From the IMG/VR virus record IMGVR_UViG_3300043570_002257, positions 32,001 through 96,000 of that record: a stretch of 64,000 nt of DNA. One strand, given 5' to 3'. The stretch is from a virus. Made by a program: the position numbers and the translations under genes. The notes below the pieces were generated by a model, which made no database searches, had not been told where the DNA came from, and was given only the letters and a program-made list of their open reading frames with translations. Of this stretch, positions 17,565 through 27,897 are shown piece after piece. Position 1 is the stretch's first letter. Each line of letters opens with the position of its first letter.

Positions 17565-18353
17565 ATGTTCAAATCTAGTAATTTCAACCCAAACGCAGGT
17601 GCAAATGCACCAAAAATCCTAACTCCAGGTACACACGTATGTCGCGTAGCAGACATTAAGCTTGACGCACCAGCTTACAAAAAAGATGCATACTTTGTAG
17701 TGGTAACACTTGAAGGTCCTGAACGTCCTGAATTTGTAGGATTACCTATTGACAAAACAAATCCTTCTTTAGGAAATTACAAAGGTCAAATTGGTAATGT
17801 ACGTAATGGACGTTATCCTTTTAGTGACTACACTTACAATGGTACAGAAATCAAACGTGATGATCAAATCTATCGTTGGATTAACAACTTAGCAAAACAA
17901 CTTAATTTGTTCAACGCAATGAATGCTGGTAACGGTATTTCTGGTGGAACAATTGAAGAGTATGTTGATGCTGTACGTAACTTTATTGTAAAGAACTCTC
18001 CATTTGCAAGTTTTACTTTTGGTGGTCAAGAATACTTTACTGAAGGTTATGACAAAGCTAATTACCGTTTATTCTTCCCTAAACAAGAAGGTGCTAATTT
18101 CCCTTACTCTGTATTGGAAGATGCTGAAGGTAACATGGTAAACTTTATTCAATTTGATGCTGCAAAACACATCATTGTAAAAACTGAAGAAGCTGCAGCT
18201 ACTGTAACAGAATTTGGTGGACAAACACAAACAAATGACATGTTTGCTGTAACAGGAACAATAACAACAGATCATTTTGCTAGTGGTATTACTACAAATT
18301 CATCAACATTAACAGCTGGAACAATTTCAATTCCTGAAGGATTAAACTTGTAA
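17565..18353 (+). CDS. Putative ssDNA-binding protein
   Basis: Position after the Sak4-like gene; LTPGTHVCRVADI N-terminus; low-complexity tail. Confidence 0.45.
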   Translation: MFKSSNFNPNAGANAPKILTPGTHVCRVADIKLDAPAYKKDAYFVVVTLEGPERPEFVGLPIDKTNPSLGNYKGQIGNVRNGRYPFSDYTYNGTEIKRDDQIYRWINNLAKQLNLFNAMNAGNGISGGTIEEYVDAVRNFIVKNSPFASFTFGGQEYFTEGYDKANYRLFFPKQEGANFPYSVLEDAEGNMVNFIQFDAAKHIIVKTEEAAATVTEFGGQTQTNDMFAVTGTITTDHFASGITTNSSTLTAGTISIPEGLNL

Positions 18354-18380
18354 TTTCTTATTTGTTTTGTTCATATAATT

Positions 18381-18412
18381 AAGGGGAGGACTTTGGTTCT
18401 CCCTTTTTTTTT
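18381..18412 (+). terminator. Intrinsic terminator
   Basis: aaggggag-gactttggtt-ctcccctt followed by a long T run. Confidence 0.8.
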
Positions 18413-18427
18413 ATACTTTTGTAAACT

Positions 18428-19435
18428 ATGTTTTCATCCAAACACTACATAACAGATATCAATACAATACCATCTGCTTGGATATTTGAAAACTATCTTG
18501 GTTTGCCACAAAAATTAACAGGTCAAAGTGTTAGAATTAATAGTCTTTTCAATTTAAATGATAAGACACCTTCAATGTACATATATTACAATGCTGAGCA
18601 TCAAGTGTATAAGTATAAGTGCTTTTCTACTGGAAAAGGAGGAGGTGCAATTGATTTAATGATGCATATGTGGAGTTTTAGCTTTACTGATGCTTCTCAC
18701 AGAGTGATTAAAGATTATGTTGACTACCTAAGAACTGGTAAAATCTGTGAAACAAACATTACTCAACATTCTAAATGGAAAGTTGATAGCTGGAAAACCA
18801 GGGGATGGAGTCAAAATGATGCTAAGTTTTGGTCTGCATATAACATATCAAGTAAACTTTTAAGTAATTACAATGTAATTCCATTAGAGAGATATACTAT
18901 GCAGAAAGTATTGAATGACAATGAGATAGAAGATGAATTCACAGTAGTTAGTAAGCATATATATGGTTATTTTACAAGTGATGGTATCCTCTATAAAATC
19001 TATCAGCCAATGAATAGAGATCGCAAGTTTATTAAAATTTGTGACTACATTCAAGGTTATGATCAGTTAGAGAAGAAACCAATTATTGTAATTGCTTCTT
19101 CACTAAAAGATTGTATGGCAATTAAAAGCATGGGCTTAAACATTGACGTTATAGCACCTGATAGTGAGAATAGTATGCTGCACCCAGATGTCATCTTTGA
19201 ATTAAAAGAAGAATATGAGGCAGTTGTGACAATTTTTGATAGCGATGACGCTGGAATTAAAGGTATGAAAGCTTATGAAGAAAAATATAAGCTGCCCTTT
19301 TGTTATTTACCATTAGAAAAAGACATTGCTGATATTGTCAAACAACATGGTATAAAGAAGGCATTGTATGAGTTTGTTCCAAAACTTAATAATGCTTGTG
19401 ACAAATATGCAAAATTGCATTCAAGTGATGATTAA
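18428..19435 (+). CDS. DNA primase (Toprim), crAss-like
   Basis: N-terminal DKTPS...KCFSTGKGG, SSLKD, FDSDDAG, KDIAD. Confidence 0.85.
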   Translation: MFSSKHYITDINTIPSAWIFENYLGLPQKLTGQSVRINSLFNLNDKTPSMYIYYNAEHQVYKYKCFSTGKGGGAIDLMMHMWSFSFTDASHRVIKDYVDYLRTGKICETNITQHSKWKVDSWKTRGWSQNDAKFWSAYNISSKLLSNYNVIPLERYTMQKVLNDNEIEDEFTVVSKHIYGYFTSDGILYKIYQPMNRDRKFIKICDYIQGYDQLEKKPIIVIASSLKDCMAIKSMGLNIDVIAPDSENSMLHPDVIFELKEEYEAVVTIFDSDDAGIKGMKAYEEKYKLPFCYLPLEKDIADIVKQHGIKKALYEFVPKLNNACDKYAKLHSSDD

Positions 19436-19470
19436 TTTCATTATTTTTGTAGAACTTAACAAATTATTTT

Positions 19471-19926
19471 ATGACAAACTGGTATTACCCTTCTATTAAG
19501 AAGAAGATATTAGAAGTTGAAGACATCCCCAATCATGAGGAAGTCATTGGCTTTATATACAGAATAACCAACTTAAAAACTGGTAAGTTTTACATTGGCC
19601 AAAAAAGTCTTTACCACAAGCGTAAGACTAGAATCTCCAAAAGAGAAAAAACACAGACAGGTACTAGAAAAATATTTAAGCAAACAATTAAAGAATCTGA
19701 TTGGATGAGCTATTATGGTTCATCTGTAGATTTAAAAAATGATGTTGTAAAAATGGGTCCTGAAAATTTCAAAAGAGAAATCTTGGAAGTATGTTGTACC
19801 AAAAAGTATTTAAATTATTGTGAACTTTCACATCAAGTAAAAAATGATGTTCTAAAAGGAAACACATACAATGGTAATATTTTAGGTAGATACTTTGCAA
19901 GAGATATGGAAAATTGTAAATGTTAA
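19471..19926 (+). CDS. GIY-YIG endonuclease (T4 endonuclease II-like)
   Basis: GFIYRITN...FYIGQK, ESDWMSYYGSS, FKREIL, YNGNI. Confidence 0.85.
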   Translation: MTNWYYPSIKKKILEVEDIPNHEEVIGFIYRITNLKTGKFYIGQKSLYHKRKTRISKREKTQTGTRKIFKQTIKESDWMSYYGSSVDLKNDVVKMGPENFKREILEVCCTKKYLNYCELSHQVKNDVLKGNTYNGNILGRYFARDMENCKC

Positions 19927-19932
19927 AAAAAA

Positions 19933-20979
19933 ATGGCAGTAGCTAAATTTACCACAGATGTTGCATTTGCTGAACGCATGCAAAAAGAAGAAACGTTTTT
20001 CTCAAAGCCTTTCTTATTATCCTATTCAGGACTTAACAAATTATTGTTTAGCCCTGCTTTATTTTACAGTCACTATGTTTTAGGTCAAAGAGATGACACT
20101 GAAAATCCAGGCATGGTGGAAGGTAAACTTATTCATTGTCTATTACTTAAACCTGAATCATTTGATACAGAGTTTATTCTAAGTGCAGTAAATACACCAA
20201 GTGATAATCCTAAAAAGTTATTGCAAACGTTATTTGCACATCATAAAGAACTAAAGCGTTCTGGTGATACAAGAGAAGAATTGCATGAATACAATGATGC
20301 TATTATTGATATTCTTACAGATATGAATCTGTATCAATCTTTGAAGACTGATGCTCAACGTCTTGACAAAATTATTACAGAAGATCATGTTGCCTATTGG
20401 GATTACATGAAAAAAGCTGAAGGACGCACCGTGATTGATCATGAGATGCATTCTTTTGCAACTTCTGTAGTTGAAAAGATTCAAAGCAAACCTAACATTA
20501 TGGATGTTATGGGATTCTTTGGTGACAGCTTTAATGGTGTTACAAAACAAAATGAGATTGAACTTGCAATGTTTGATGAAAACTTCTTGTTTGGTCTTAG
20601 AGGATTTATTGACAATCTTGTATTTGATTCTAATGCAAAAGAAATCAGAATTAATGACTTGAAGAAAACTTCAAAAGACATTGGTTCTTTTACAGACAGC
20701 ATTGAATACTTTCGTTACTGGATGCAAGCAGCAATATACTATAAGATGGTTGAACATGTGTACTTAAGTAAACCTGAGTATGCAGACTATAAAATATCTT
20801 TTAGATTTATTGTTGTAGATCCTTATATGCAAATTGCACCAATCAAAGTTTCTTATGTAACCATGAAAGAGTGGTTAGTTAAAACAGATGAGATGATTCT
20901 AAGAGCTAATTTTCACTTTGAAAATAAATCTTTTGAACTTCCATATGAATTTTTAGTAAACGGTGAAATAGTACTATGA
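19933..20979 (+). CDS. PD-(D/E)XK exonuclease (RecB/exonuclease VIII-like)
   Basis: LSYSGL, GKLIHC, RGFIDNL...INDLKK, YWMQAAIY. Confidence 0.85.
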   Translation: MAVAKFTTDVAFAERMQKEETFFSKPFLLSYSGLNKLLFSPALFYSHYVLGQRDDTENPGMVEGKLIHCLLLKPESFDTEFILSAVNTPSDNPKKLLQTLFAHHKELKRSGDTREELHEYNDAIIDILTDMNLYQSLKTDAQRLDKIITEDHVAYWDYMKKAEGRTVIDHEMHSFATSVVEKIQSKPNIMDVMGFFGDSFNGVTKQNEIELAMFDENFLFGLRGFIDNLVFDSNAKEIRINDLKKTSKDIGSFTDSIEYFRYWMQAAIYYKMVEHVYLSKPEYADYKISFRFIVVDPYMQIAPIKVSYVTMKEWLVKTDEMILRANFHFENKSFELPYEFLVNGEIVL

Positions 20980-21536
20980 TCTCACAGATATACAACAAGT
21001 ATTTCCAAAAGTCTATGACCTTCTTATATCCACTTTTAGGATTCAAGAAAGATAAGCATCAGCGTCCTCTCCAGACATATTTGTCCTGGAGTGGGACCAC
21101 TTATAATTCTTTTTCAAGAAAACTAATTTGTGTATATGAAATAAAAAACACAGAAGATTGGAAAGTATTTGAAAGAGAATATTTAATTACACACAAAATG
21201 TTAGACATGTGTGTGCCTCTTGACAATAACAAGATTGTATATATCTTTGATTTTAATTCCATGGCAAGTGATTATGATGCTTTTCTTGCAGGAAAGTATT
21301 CTGAACTTTCTCCTTTTGTAAAGAAAACACTTACTGATTACTATGGAGTACATACCCCTGAGTGGGTTTACATTGAGTCTTTTTTATTTCCTACAAAATA
21401 CTTTAAACAATATTCTCAGATACTTGATGTTGAAGAGGATTTTCTTAAAAGTGTTGGTGAACTATGTGATCACCATGATAAGGAAAAAGAATGCTTTATG
21501 GAAGAATGCCCTGATGGGTTAGAATGGATTAATTAA
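20976..21536 (+). CDS. Hypothetical protein
   Basis: ORF coupled to the nuclease gene. Confidence 0.7.
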   Translation: MISQIYNKYFQKSMTFLYPLLGFKKDKHQRPLQTYLSWSGTTYNSFSRKLICVYEIKNTEDWKVFEREYLITHKMLDMCVPLDNNKIVYIFDFNSMASDYDAFLAGKYSELSPFVKKTLTDYYGVHTPEWVYIESFLFPTKYFKQYSQILDVEEDFLKSVGELCDHHDKEKECFMEECPDGLEWIN

Positions 21537-21560
21537 CAATTTAAAAATAACAAAAACTAA

Positions 21561-21953
21561 ATGCAAAAAGAAACCAAATGTATGTTTGTGTATAGCACAG
21601 ACTGGTATGGACGCAAGAGCTTCCGTATGATGCCAATGTCACATGAATGCCCATTCAATGAGGTAATTTATGATCCCAACACTAGAGTACTTGCTGTAAT
21701 CAGTAAAGACAAGAAAGACAAACCTCAAATGCTACCTAAGTTATCTGAGAAAGGTCAAGTAATGCAACTAAAAGGCGTTGAAGGTCAACAAATTATTGAG
21801 GAGCGTAGAATCATGGAAACATACTATGAATACTACATTGATAACAAATCTGACATTGAAAGATTTATTCAGATGTTTGCAATGAACAGTGATCATGAAT
21901 CTTTAAACATTATCAATGAACCTATTGATTTAACTAAAGGAACCAACATGTAA
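21561..21953 (+). CDS. Hypothetical protein
   Basis: ORF coupled to the polymerase gene (TAATG). Confidence 0.7.
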   Translation: MQKETKCMFVYSTDWYGRKSFRMMPMSHECPFNEVIYDPNTRVLAVISKDKKDKPQMLPKLSEKGQVMQLKGVEGQQIIEERRIMETYYEYYIDNKSDIERFIQMFAMNSDHESLNIINEPIDLTKGTNM

Positions 21954-23920
21954 TGATTAGACAGCGTAAATTTTGGATAATGGACTATGAAACCATTGTC
22001 AATTGTTTTATTGCTGTTTTTCGCTCTTATGATTCTGATGAACAACATATTTTTGTTATTGGTAAACACCGTAATGATATTCACTTGTACATCCAGTTTT
22101 TGTTAGAGAATCAACAGAATAAAGATTGGCATTTTGGTTACAACAATTTAGCGTTTGACGCGCAGATTACAGAGCACATACTTGAAAACTTAGAATTCTA
22201 TTCTGCCAGAGATGGTGAAGAGATTGCTGGTAGAATATATGCTTATGTAAAGACTATTATTGACAAATCAAACAAAGGTGAATTTCTTGATTATCCAGAA
22301 TTTAGACTGACTATTCCTTGTCTTGACATTTTTAAGTTGAATCATTGGGACAGTAATGCAAAACGTACTTCTCTTAAATGGGTTCAGTTCTCTATGGACT
22401 GGCACAATGTAGAAGAAATGCCTCATCCTCACGGGGAGAGAGTTGAAGACTTATCTACTTTAGATATGGTAATCAACTATTGTATTAATGACGTGTTATC
22501 TACCAAACAGATTTTTACACTTAGAAATCCTAAAGGTGAACAGATAATGGCCAGTCAGATAAACTTAAGAGCTGAGTTAAGTTCTGAATATGAATTATCC
22601 TTACACAGTGCTAGTGAGCCAAGAATTAGCAAAGAGATGTTTTTGCACTTCTTAAGCGAAAAGCTAAGTAAGAATAAAAAGGAAATCAGAACTATGAAAA
22701 CTGAAAGAGAAAATGTTATTGTTAGAGATATCATTTTACCTTCTGTAAAGTTTCATACACCTGAGTTTAATGCAGTACATAACTGGTTTAAAAGTCTTGT
22801 TGTAGATACAGCAATTGAATCTGAAAAAGAAGAAGGTCCTAAGTATAGGATGAACTTTAAGAACACACCAACTGATTATGGTTTAGGTGGTTTGCATGGC
22901 TGTACTAATTCTGGTATTTATGTAGCAGGTAATGGAAAGAAAATATTAAGTGCAGATGTTACTTCATTTTATCCTAACCTGGCAATTAAAAATGGATGGT
23001 CTCCAGCTCACATACCTAAAGATGACTTCTGTGAACTTTATGAATGGTTCTTTGAAGAACGTAAGAAGTATCCTAAATCTTCTCCACTAAACTACCTGTT
23101 TAAGATTATTCTAAATTCCACTTATGGTTTAAGTAAGAATAAATATTCTTTTCTTTATGATCCAGAGTTTACATTTAGAATTACTATCAATGGTCAGTTA
23201 CTGTTAAGTATGCTTTATGAAATGATTGCTACCAGAATTCCTGGAGCAATTCCTTTAATGCAGAATACAGATGGTTTAGAATTTCTTGTAGATGATGAGC
23301 ATGAAGCTAAATTCTATGAGATTTGTAAAGAATGGGAAGTACTTACGCATCTTCAACTTGAAACTGTAGAGTATCAGAAAATGATTATTGGTGATGTAAA
23401 CAATTACATTGCAGTTTATAAAGATGGTAAGACAAAATGCAAAGGACGTTTTGAATTTGAAGAATTACCTCTTCATAAAAACAAATCTTTGTTGATTATA
23501 TCTAAAGCTTGGTTTGCATATTTTGTAAATGGAAAAGATCCTGCAGAGTTCTTGAAAGAGAATCGTAACATCTTTGACTATTGTGCTGGTGCAAAACTAA
23601 AAGGTAATTGGTACTTTGAAGAAAGAGGTATTAAAAACAATGAGTATGTAGTTACAAAACTGCAGAAACTTGTACGTTATTATATCTCTGAGAAAGGTAT
23701 TAAGATAATCAAATGTAACCCAGATGGCAGGGAAATTCAACTGGAAAGTGGTAAAACACTCCAGACACTCTTCAATAAATTTGAAGATAAAGAATGGGAA
23801 GACTACAATGTAGATGAAAAGTTCTACTTAGATAAGATCTATGAAGAAATTAAAAAAATAGAAAGCACATCACTTGTACTTCCTTCTTATAACCAAGTTA
23901 ATCAACTATCACTCTTTTAA
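21953..23920 (+). CDS. Family B DNA polymerase with 3'-5' exonuclease
   Basis: DYET (ExoI), YNNLAFD (ExoII), YCIND (ExoIII), DVTSFYPN, KIILNSTYG, NTDG. Confidence 0.95.
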   Translation: MIRQRKFWIMDYETIVNCFIAVFRSYDSDEQHIFVIGKHRNDIHLYIQFLLENQQNKDWHFGYNNLAFDAQITEHILENLEFYSARDGEEIAGRIYAYVKTIIDKSNKGEFLDYPEFRLTIPCLDIFKLNHWDSNAKRTSLKWVQFSMDWHNVEEMPHPHGERVEDLSTLDMVINYCINDVLSTKQIFTLRNPKGEQIMASQINLRAELSSEYELSLHSASEPRISKEMFLHFLSEKLSKNKKEIRTMKTERENVIVRDIILPSVKFHTPEFNAVHNWFKSLVVDTAIESEKEEGPKYRMNFKNTPTDYGLGGLHGCTNSGIYVAGNGKKILSADVTSFYPNLAIKNGWSPAHIPKDDFCELYEWFFEERKKYPKSSPLNYLFKIILNSTYGLSKNKYSFLYDPEFTFRITINGQLLLSMLYEMIATRIPGAIPLMQNTDGLEFLVDDEHEAKFYEICKEWEVLTHLQLETVEYQKMIIGDVNNYIAVYKDGKTKCKGRFEFEELPLHKNKSLLIISKAWFAYFVNGKDPAEFLKENRNIFDYCAGAKLKGNWYFEERGIKNNEYVVTKLQKLVRYYISEKGIKIIKCNPDGREIQLESGKTLQTLFNKFEDKEWEDYNVDEKFYLDKIYEEIKKIESTSLVLPSYNQVNQLSLF

Positions 23921-23921
23921 A

Positions 23922-24737
23922 ATGAAAAGAACAATAAATGGAATGAATGCTTATTCCAAAATCATTGGAGCAGCTTTGCCTGCTAAAACTGACACTTACA
24001 CACCCATTGCTCACAGTAATGTGATCCATAGGGTGCGTTCTGAAATCACAAATGCTGGTTTCATTATTACAGGTGAAGAGTATCGTTGTTCTAACGATGC
24101 TCAGGTAGCCATAGGAACCTTCAGAATGAATTATAAAGCTGATCCAGACATTGAGTTGTCTGCCAACTTTTTAAACTCTTACAACAAGCAATACGCCTTT
24201 CGTTTTAACCTTGGTGGTTTAGTGAAAGTATGTAACAATGGTATGATACTAAACAACAATAAGTTTGGTGCGTACAAACGCGTGCATAAAGGTGCAGCTG
24301 ACCTGTTAGCTGAAGGTAAAATTGCAGACTTTATCAAAGATTCTGAAGTATACTGGGAAAACCTAGTAGAACATAAGGATAAAATGAAGGATGTACTATT
24401 GACAAGCACAACTCAACATGATTTATTAGGTGAATTGTTTTTTAAACGAGATATTTTAAATACCTTGCAGCTTAATCAAATACGTTCTGAGATGAAAAAA
24501 CCAAGTTTTGATTATAAGGTTGACAATGATTCTGCTTGGGCACTGTATAATCACATTACATTGTCTCTAAAAGATTCACATCCAGCAACATGGATGGACG
24601 ATCAAACTATAGTACATGAGGTTTTTGCCAACATGTTAGGATTAGAAACTGAAGATGCATTGACTGCAGTTTGGAGTACTTTGCAAACAGTACAAGACGC
24701 ACTGGTTGAAGAATTAGTAGAAATACCTATTTTTTAA
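23922..24737 (+). CDS. DUF932/DUF945-like protein
   Basis: NSYNK...VCNNG...RVH...SAWALYNHIT; likely ATG at 23922. Confidence 0.7.
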   Translation: MKRTINGMNAYSKIIGAALPAKTDTYTPIAHSNVIHRVRSEITNAGFIITGEEYRCSNDAQVAIGTFRMNYKADPDIELSANFLNSYNKQYAFRFNLGGLVKVCNNGMILNNNKFGAYKRVHKGAADLLAEGKIADFIKDSEVYWENLVEHKDKMKDVLLTSTTQHDLLGELFFKRDILNTLQLNQIRSEMKKPSFDYKVDNDSAWALYNHITLSLKDSHPATWMDDQTIVHEVFANMLGLETEDALTAVWSTLQTVQDALVEELVEIPIF

Positions 24738-24751
24738 AAGTTACAGCAATA

Positions 24752-24776
24752 GCAGGGGCCTAAAAACCCCTGTTTT
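24752..24776 (+). terminator. Intrinsic terminator
   Basis: gcagggg-cctaaaaa-cccctgt-ttt. Confidence 0.65.
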
Positions 24777-24808
24777 ATTGTTCACAATAAACTATAAACC
24801 ATAAACAC

Positions 24809-24973
24809 ATGATTGACATTATTAAAGAAGCCTATTTAAAAGTCAAAGACAAAGAAACTGGCGTAAACAAAGTATTACTTCTGAGAAGATATTTAAAAAT
24901 TAAATATCACCTTCAGATTTCAAGAACAAGCTTAATTAGTAGACTTAAAACCTGGAAAAAAGAAAGAATATGA
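24809..24973 (+). CDS. 54-aa basic protein (absent from ORF track)
   Basis: MIDIIKEAYLKVK...RRYLKIKYHLQIS...; ATGA overlap with the kinase gene. Confidence 0.6.
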   Translation: MIDIIKEAYLKVKDKETGVNKVLLLRRYLKIKYHLQISRTSLISRLKTWKKERI

Positions 24974-25647
24974 CAAGATTAATTGGCATCTCTGGCAAAA
25001 TAGGATCTGGTAAAGACACTTTTGCAGAAATTATTAGGTTGCTTGTTACAGCACCCTTTATGACAAATGAAACCATTGAACATTATTTGAAAAACCCTAA
25101 TCCTTACATCACAAAAACAGAATGGGCTGTCAAAAAGTTTGCTGGTAAACTTAAAGAAGTAGCTTCTTTGCTTACAGGTATCCCTGTATACAAATTTGAA
25201 GACCAAGACTTCAAGAAAACTAATTTACCAGAAGAATGGAACAACTGGTATCCTAACCAGGATCGCTCTGAACCTATGACAGTAAGAGAACTATTGCAAA
25301 AGCTTGGTACTGAGGCCATGAGAAATGGTCTTCATACAAATGCTTGGGTAAACGCCACATTTGCAAACTTTAAATCTTCATCAAGATGGTTAGTTACAGA
25401 TGTACGTTTTCCAAATGAGGCTACTGCCATCATAGAAAAAGGTGGTATTTTAATACGCCTTGAAAGAAATTCTGACACAGGAGATCATCCTTCTGAAACA
25501 GCACTTGACAATTATGACTTTAACATTGTCATTAAAAACACAGGAACATTATCTGAACTTATTGATAGTGCCAGGTTACTCTGTGGTGAATTAAATTTAT
25601 TAAATAACAATGAGGATTATCCTCCTCACTTTGAAGGTTTTTTTTAA
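24970..25647 (+). CDS. Deoxynucleoside monophosphate kinase (T4 gp1/T5 dnk-like)
   Basis: GISGKIGSGKDT, RELLQKLGTE, TDVRFPNE, HPSE. Confidence 0.9.
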   Translation: MTRLIGISGKIGSGKDTFAEIIRLLVTAPFMTNETIEHYLKNPNPYITKTEWAVKKFAGKLKEVASLLTGIPVYKFEDQDFKKTNLPEEWNNWYPNQDRSEPMTVRELLQKLGTEAMRNGLHTNAWVNATFANFKSSSRWLVTDVRFPNEATAIIEKGGILIRLERNSDTGDHPSETALDNYDFNIVIKNTGTLSELIDSARLLCGELNLLNNNEDYPPHFEGFF

Positions 25648-25659
25648 AAATATAAAATT

Positions 25660-25989
25660 ATGATAAATGAAGATAAATTGTTCCTTGTTTTAGATGAAAC
25701 AGGACACAATGTAGAATACACAATTGAAATGCCTTCTGAGGAAGATGCTTACTTTATGAGAAGGTCTAGATCAGAATGTTGGTCTGAATCTGCAAGAGGC
25801 GAACTTATCCTTACAGTTTTAGACTCTGGAGAAGGTTATAGAATCAAGTGGGAAACAAAGCCAAATAAGACCCTAGATTACGCTCAAACTGTTGAGTTGA
25901 CCATTATGCTCAATTTCTTAAATAACATGTCCAGAATGCCTAATAGGTACTCTGTTGTGAATGCTGAGTTGATTGTTGATATTGTATAA
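25660..25989 (+). CDS. Hypothetical protein
   Basis: ORF. Confidence 0.65.
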   Translation: MINEDKLFLVLDETGHNVEYTIEMPSEEDAYFMRRSRSECWSESARGELILTVLDSGEGYRIKWETKPNKTLDYAQTVELTIMLNFLNNMSRMPNRYSVVNAELIVDIV

Positions 25990-25992
25990 ATG

Positions 25993-26018
25993 AAAATCCC
26001 CCTGAAAAGGGGGACTTT
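25993..26018. terminator. Bidirectional terminator between convergent blocks
   Basis: aaaatccccc-tgaaaa-gggggacttt. Confidence 0.7.
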
Positions 26019-26069
26019 CTAACAGAAGAAGAAACCAACTAAACTATGAAGTATAGCTTTTTTTATATT

Positions 26070-26723
26070 TTATGATAAGCTTTTCAGCATCTCAATCATT
26101 TTAGGGTGTGGATAAATGTCTACTTTATCCTTTCTCACAGAATTGTGAGTATAAACTCCTGGTTCACCAGCCAAAGCTCTTTTACTAATGTCCCAAATGT
26201 CTTCATTATAAGATAAGGGAATTTTGTAAGTTTCTTTCCATAAAAGTAATAATTCTTTTACACTGGCAATCTGAGCATCTGTGTAGTTGTGGTAGTATTT
26301 GAATCCTTTGTAAGGTTTTTCAAGTGTACAAACTTCACTAGCAGGTACTTCTCTATTGACATAGTTAAAGTATTTACCATCTTTTAAAGTCAACTGACCC
26401 CAGTTACAGATTTCAATACCAATTGATATCTTATCTATGCTCTGATACTTAACGCCAGCTTTTGTAAATGTGTCTTGTTTTAATCCTAGGTGATAAGCCC
26501 AGTATTTAGACCTAAAACCTTGAACAATTTCACCATCCCTAGCTCCTATTCCTTTACCAGAAATAGAAACACATGTTCCAATCTTTTCTGAATTAGCTGC
26601 CCATCCTGCAAACACTTGTTCAGCATTTGCGTTACCTGCAGTGTGATGCAAATAGATTTGTTTTTTTGGGTGTTCTTCTTGAAAGTATTGACTTGTTGGA
26701 AATGCAACTTGTTTTATATTCAT
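26070..26723 (-). CDS. N-acetylmuramoyl-L-alanine amidase (endolysin, Amidase_2)
   Basis: IYLHHTAG, WAYHLG, SIGIEICN, YTDAQ, YTHNSVRKDKVD. Confidence 0.9.
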   Translation of the reverse strand: MNIKQVAFPTSQYFQEEHPKKQIYLHHTAGNANAEQVFAGWAANSEKIGTCVSISGKGIGARDGEIVQGFRSKYWAYHLGLKQDTFTKAGVKYQSIDKISIGIEICNWGQLTLKDGKYFNYVNREVPASEVCTLEKPYKGFKYYHNYTDAQIASVKELLLLWKETYKIPLSYNEDIWDISKRALAGEPGVYTHNSVRKDKVDIYPHPKMIEMLKSLS

Positions 26724-26749
26724 GACATTTAAATTTTAGCAAGACTAGA

Positions 26750-27028
26750 CTAGTCTAAGTCATATTCTCTATTTATATTTATTAATTGTTCTGCATACTT
26801 ATCTCTCTGTACAATCAGATACTCACATCTTTCTATTAATCTTACTCTTTCTTCCTCTGTAAGTTTAAGAATAAGAGCTTCTTTTTGGTCTATCATTTTT
26901 TTATACTCTTCTAAATTCTGAGTATAAGTACTGTTTTGATACCACAAAATTGCAACCAAAAGAATAATTGTAAAAGATTGTTCTTTTAATTTACCAAAAA
27001 ATGTATCAGACATAGATTTGTTTTCCAT
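26750..27028 (-). CDS. Single-TM coiled-coil lysis-cassette protein
   Basis: TM FTIILLVAILWY followed by coiled coil. Confidence 0.6.
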   Translation of the reverse strand: MENKSMSDTFFGKLKEQSFTIILLVAILWYQNSTYTQNLEEYKKMIDQKEALILKLTEEERVRLIERCEYLIVQRDKYAEQLININREYDLD

Positions 27029-27285
27029 TAGATTTGATCCTCAGATGATTTGTCTTTATTAAATGTAAACTTATCTAAACTTGTAAGACCTAAACAGCCA
27101 AACGCTAACAAAGCTACACTCTCTACTAATATAGATGAAGGTGCAACATCAACAGAAGAAAAGCTATTATGATACATTGTAACACAAAGTGTAATAGAAC
27201 ACATAATTCCTACAACACGCTTAGAACTAACTGAACCTCTTTCGTCAGTTAGCATACACTTAAGATAACCTAGTAATTTTTTCAT
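27028..27285 (-). CDS. Putative holin (two TM segments)
   Basis: SSKRV followed by two hydrophobic segments; lies in the endolysin cassette. Confidence 0.6.
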   Translation of the reverse strand: MKKLLGYLKCMLTDERGSVSSKRVVGIMCSITLCVTMYHNSFSSVDVAPSSILVESVALLAFGCLGLTSLDKFTFNKDKSSEDQI

Positions 27286-27881
27286 TTTAGTTTGATTTTC
27301 CAGTATGAAGAAATGCCAATATAAGGTTGCAGATTTTGTGATATGCCAGTTTGCACACCAAAAATCTGATCCTTTTTGTTTTTGTATAATAAACCTACTT
27401 GAAGATTAGCTAACTCAAGACTTTTGTTTATAGAAATTCCACCTCCTATATACAACTGCCTGCGTTGTTCTTGTTTTACATAACCTGTAACTGTAGGTAT
27501 TTTGTAATTACGCAAATATGATCTTGACTTTAATAGATTGTATTGCACTGTATCAGTTACAATAACATAACCAAGATTGTCCAATTGTAATGAATCACGA
27601 TAGATATTTCTAGCTCCATAATTATTTGCAAGTTTTAAGTATTGTGATTTAAGTTTGTTATAACTACTATCTGGTACAAAAACTGTATCTCCTGGTAAAG
27701 AAATTGTATCTTTTATAAATAAAGGAACTTTCTTAACCTCTTTTTTGATAACCTTATTCCAAACAGTATCATATACAACATTATCTTTACCTGGAACAAA
27801 TACTTTTTTTGTACATGATCTTTGTAAAAAAATGATTGCTACTAATACAGCAATTACAATTAAATATATACGTTGGTTCAT
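27282..27881 (-). CDS. Membrane-anchored spanin-like protein
   Basis: N-terminal TM ending in QRSC; DT-repeat stalk; C-terminal amphipathic beta strands. Confidence 0.5.
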   Translation of the reverse strand: MNQRIYLIVIAVLVAIIFLQRSCTKKVFVPGKDNVVYDTVWNKVIKKEVKKVPLFIKDTISLPGDTVFVPDSSYNKLKSQYLKLANNYGARNIYRDSLQLDNLGYVIVTDTVQYNLLKSRSYLRNYKIPTVTGYVKQEQRRQLYIGGGISINKSLELANLQVGLLYKNKKDQIFGVQTGISQNLQPYIGISSYWKIKLK

Positions 27882-27897
27882 TTGGTTTGTTTTTAAA

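Noticed and set aside
19471-19926. Mobile homing endonuclease
   Set aside because: Catalytic domain only, no visible NUMOD/HTH tail, and not within an intron; resembles endonuclease II-type resident nucleases
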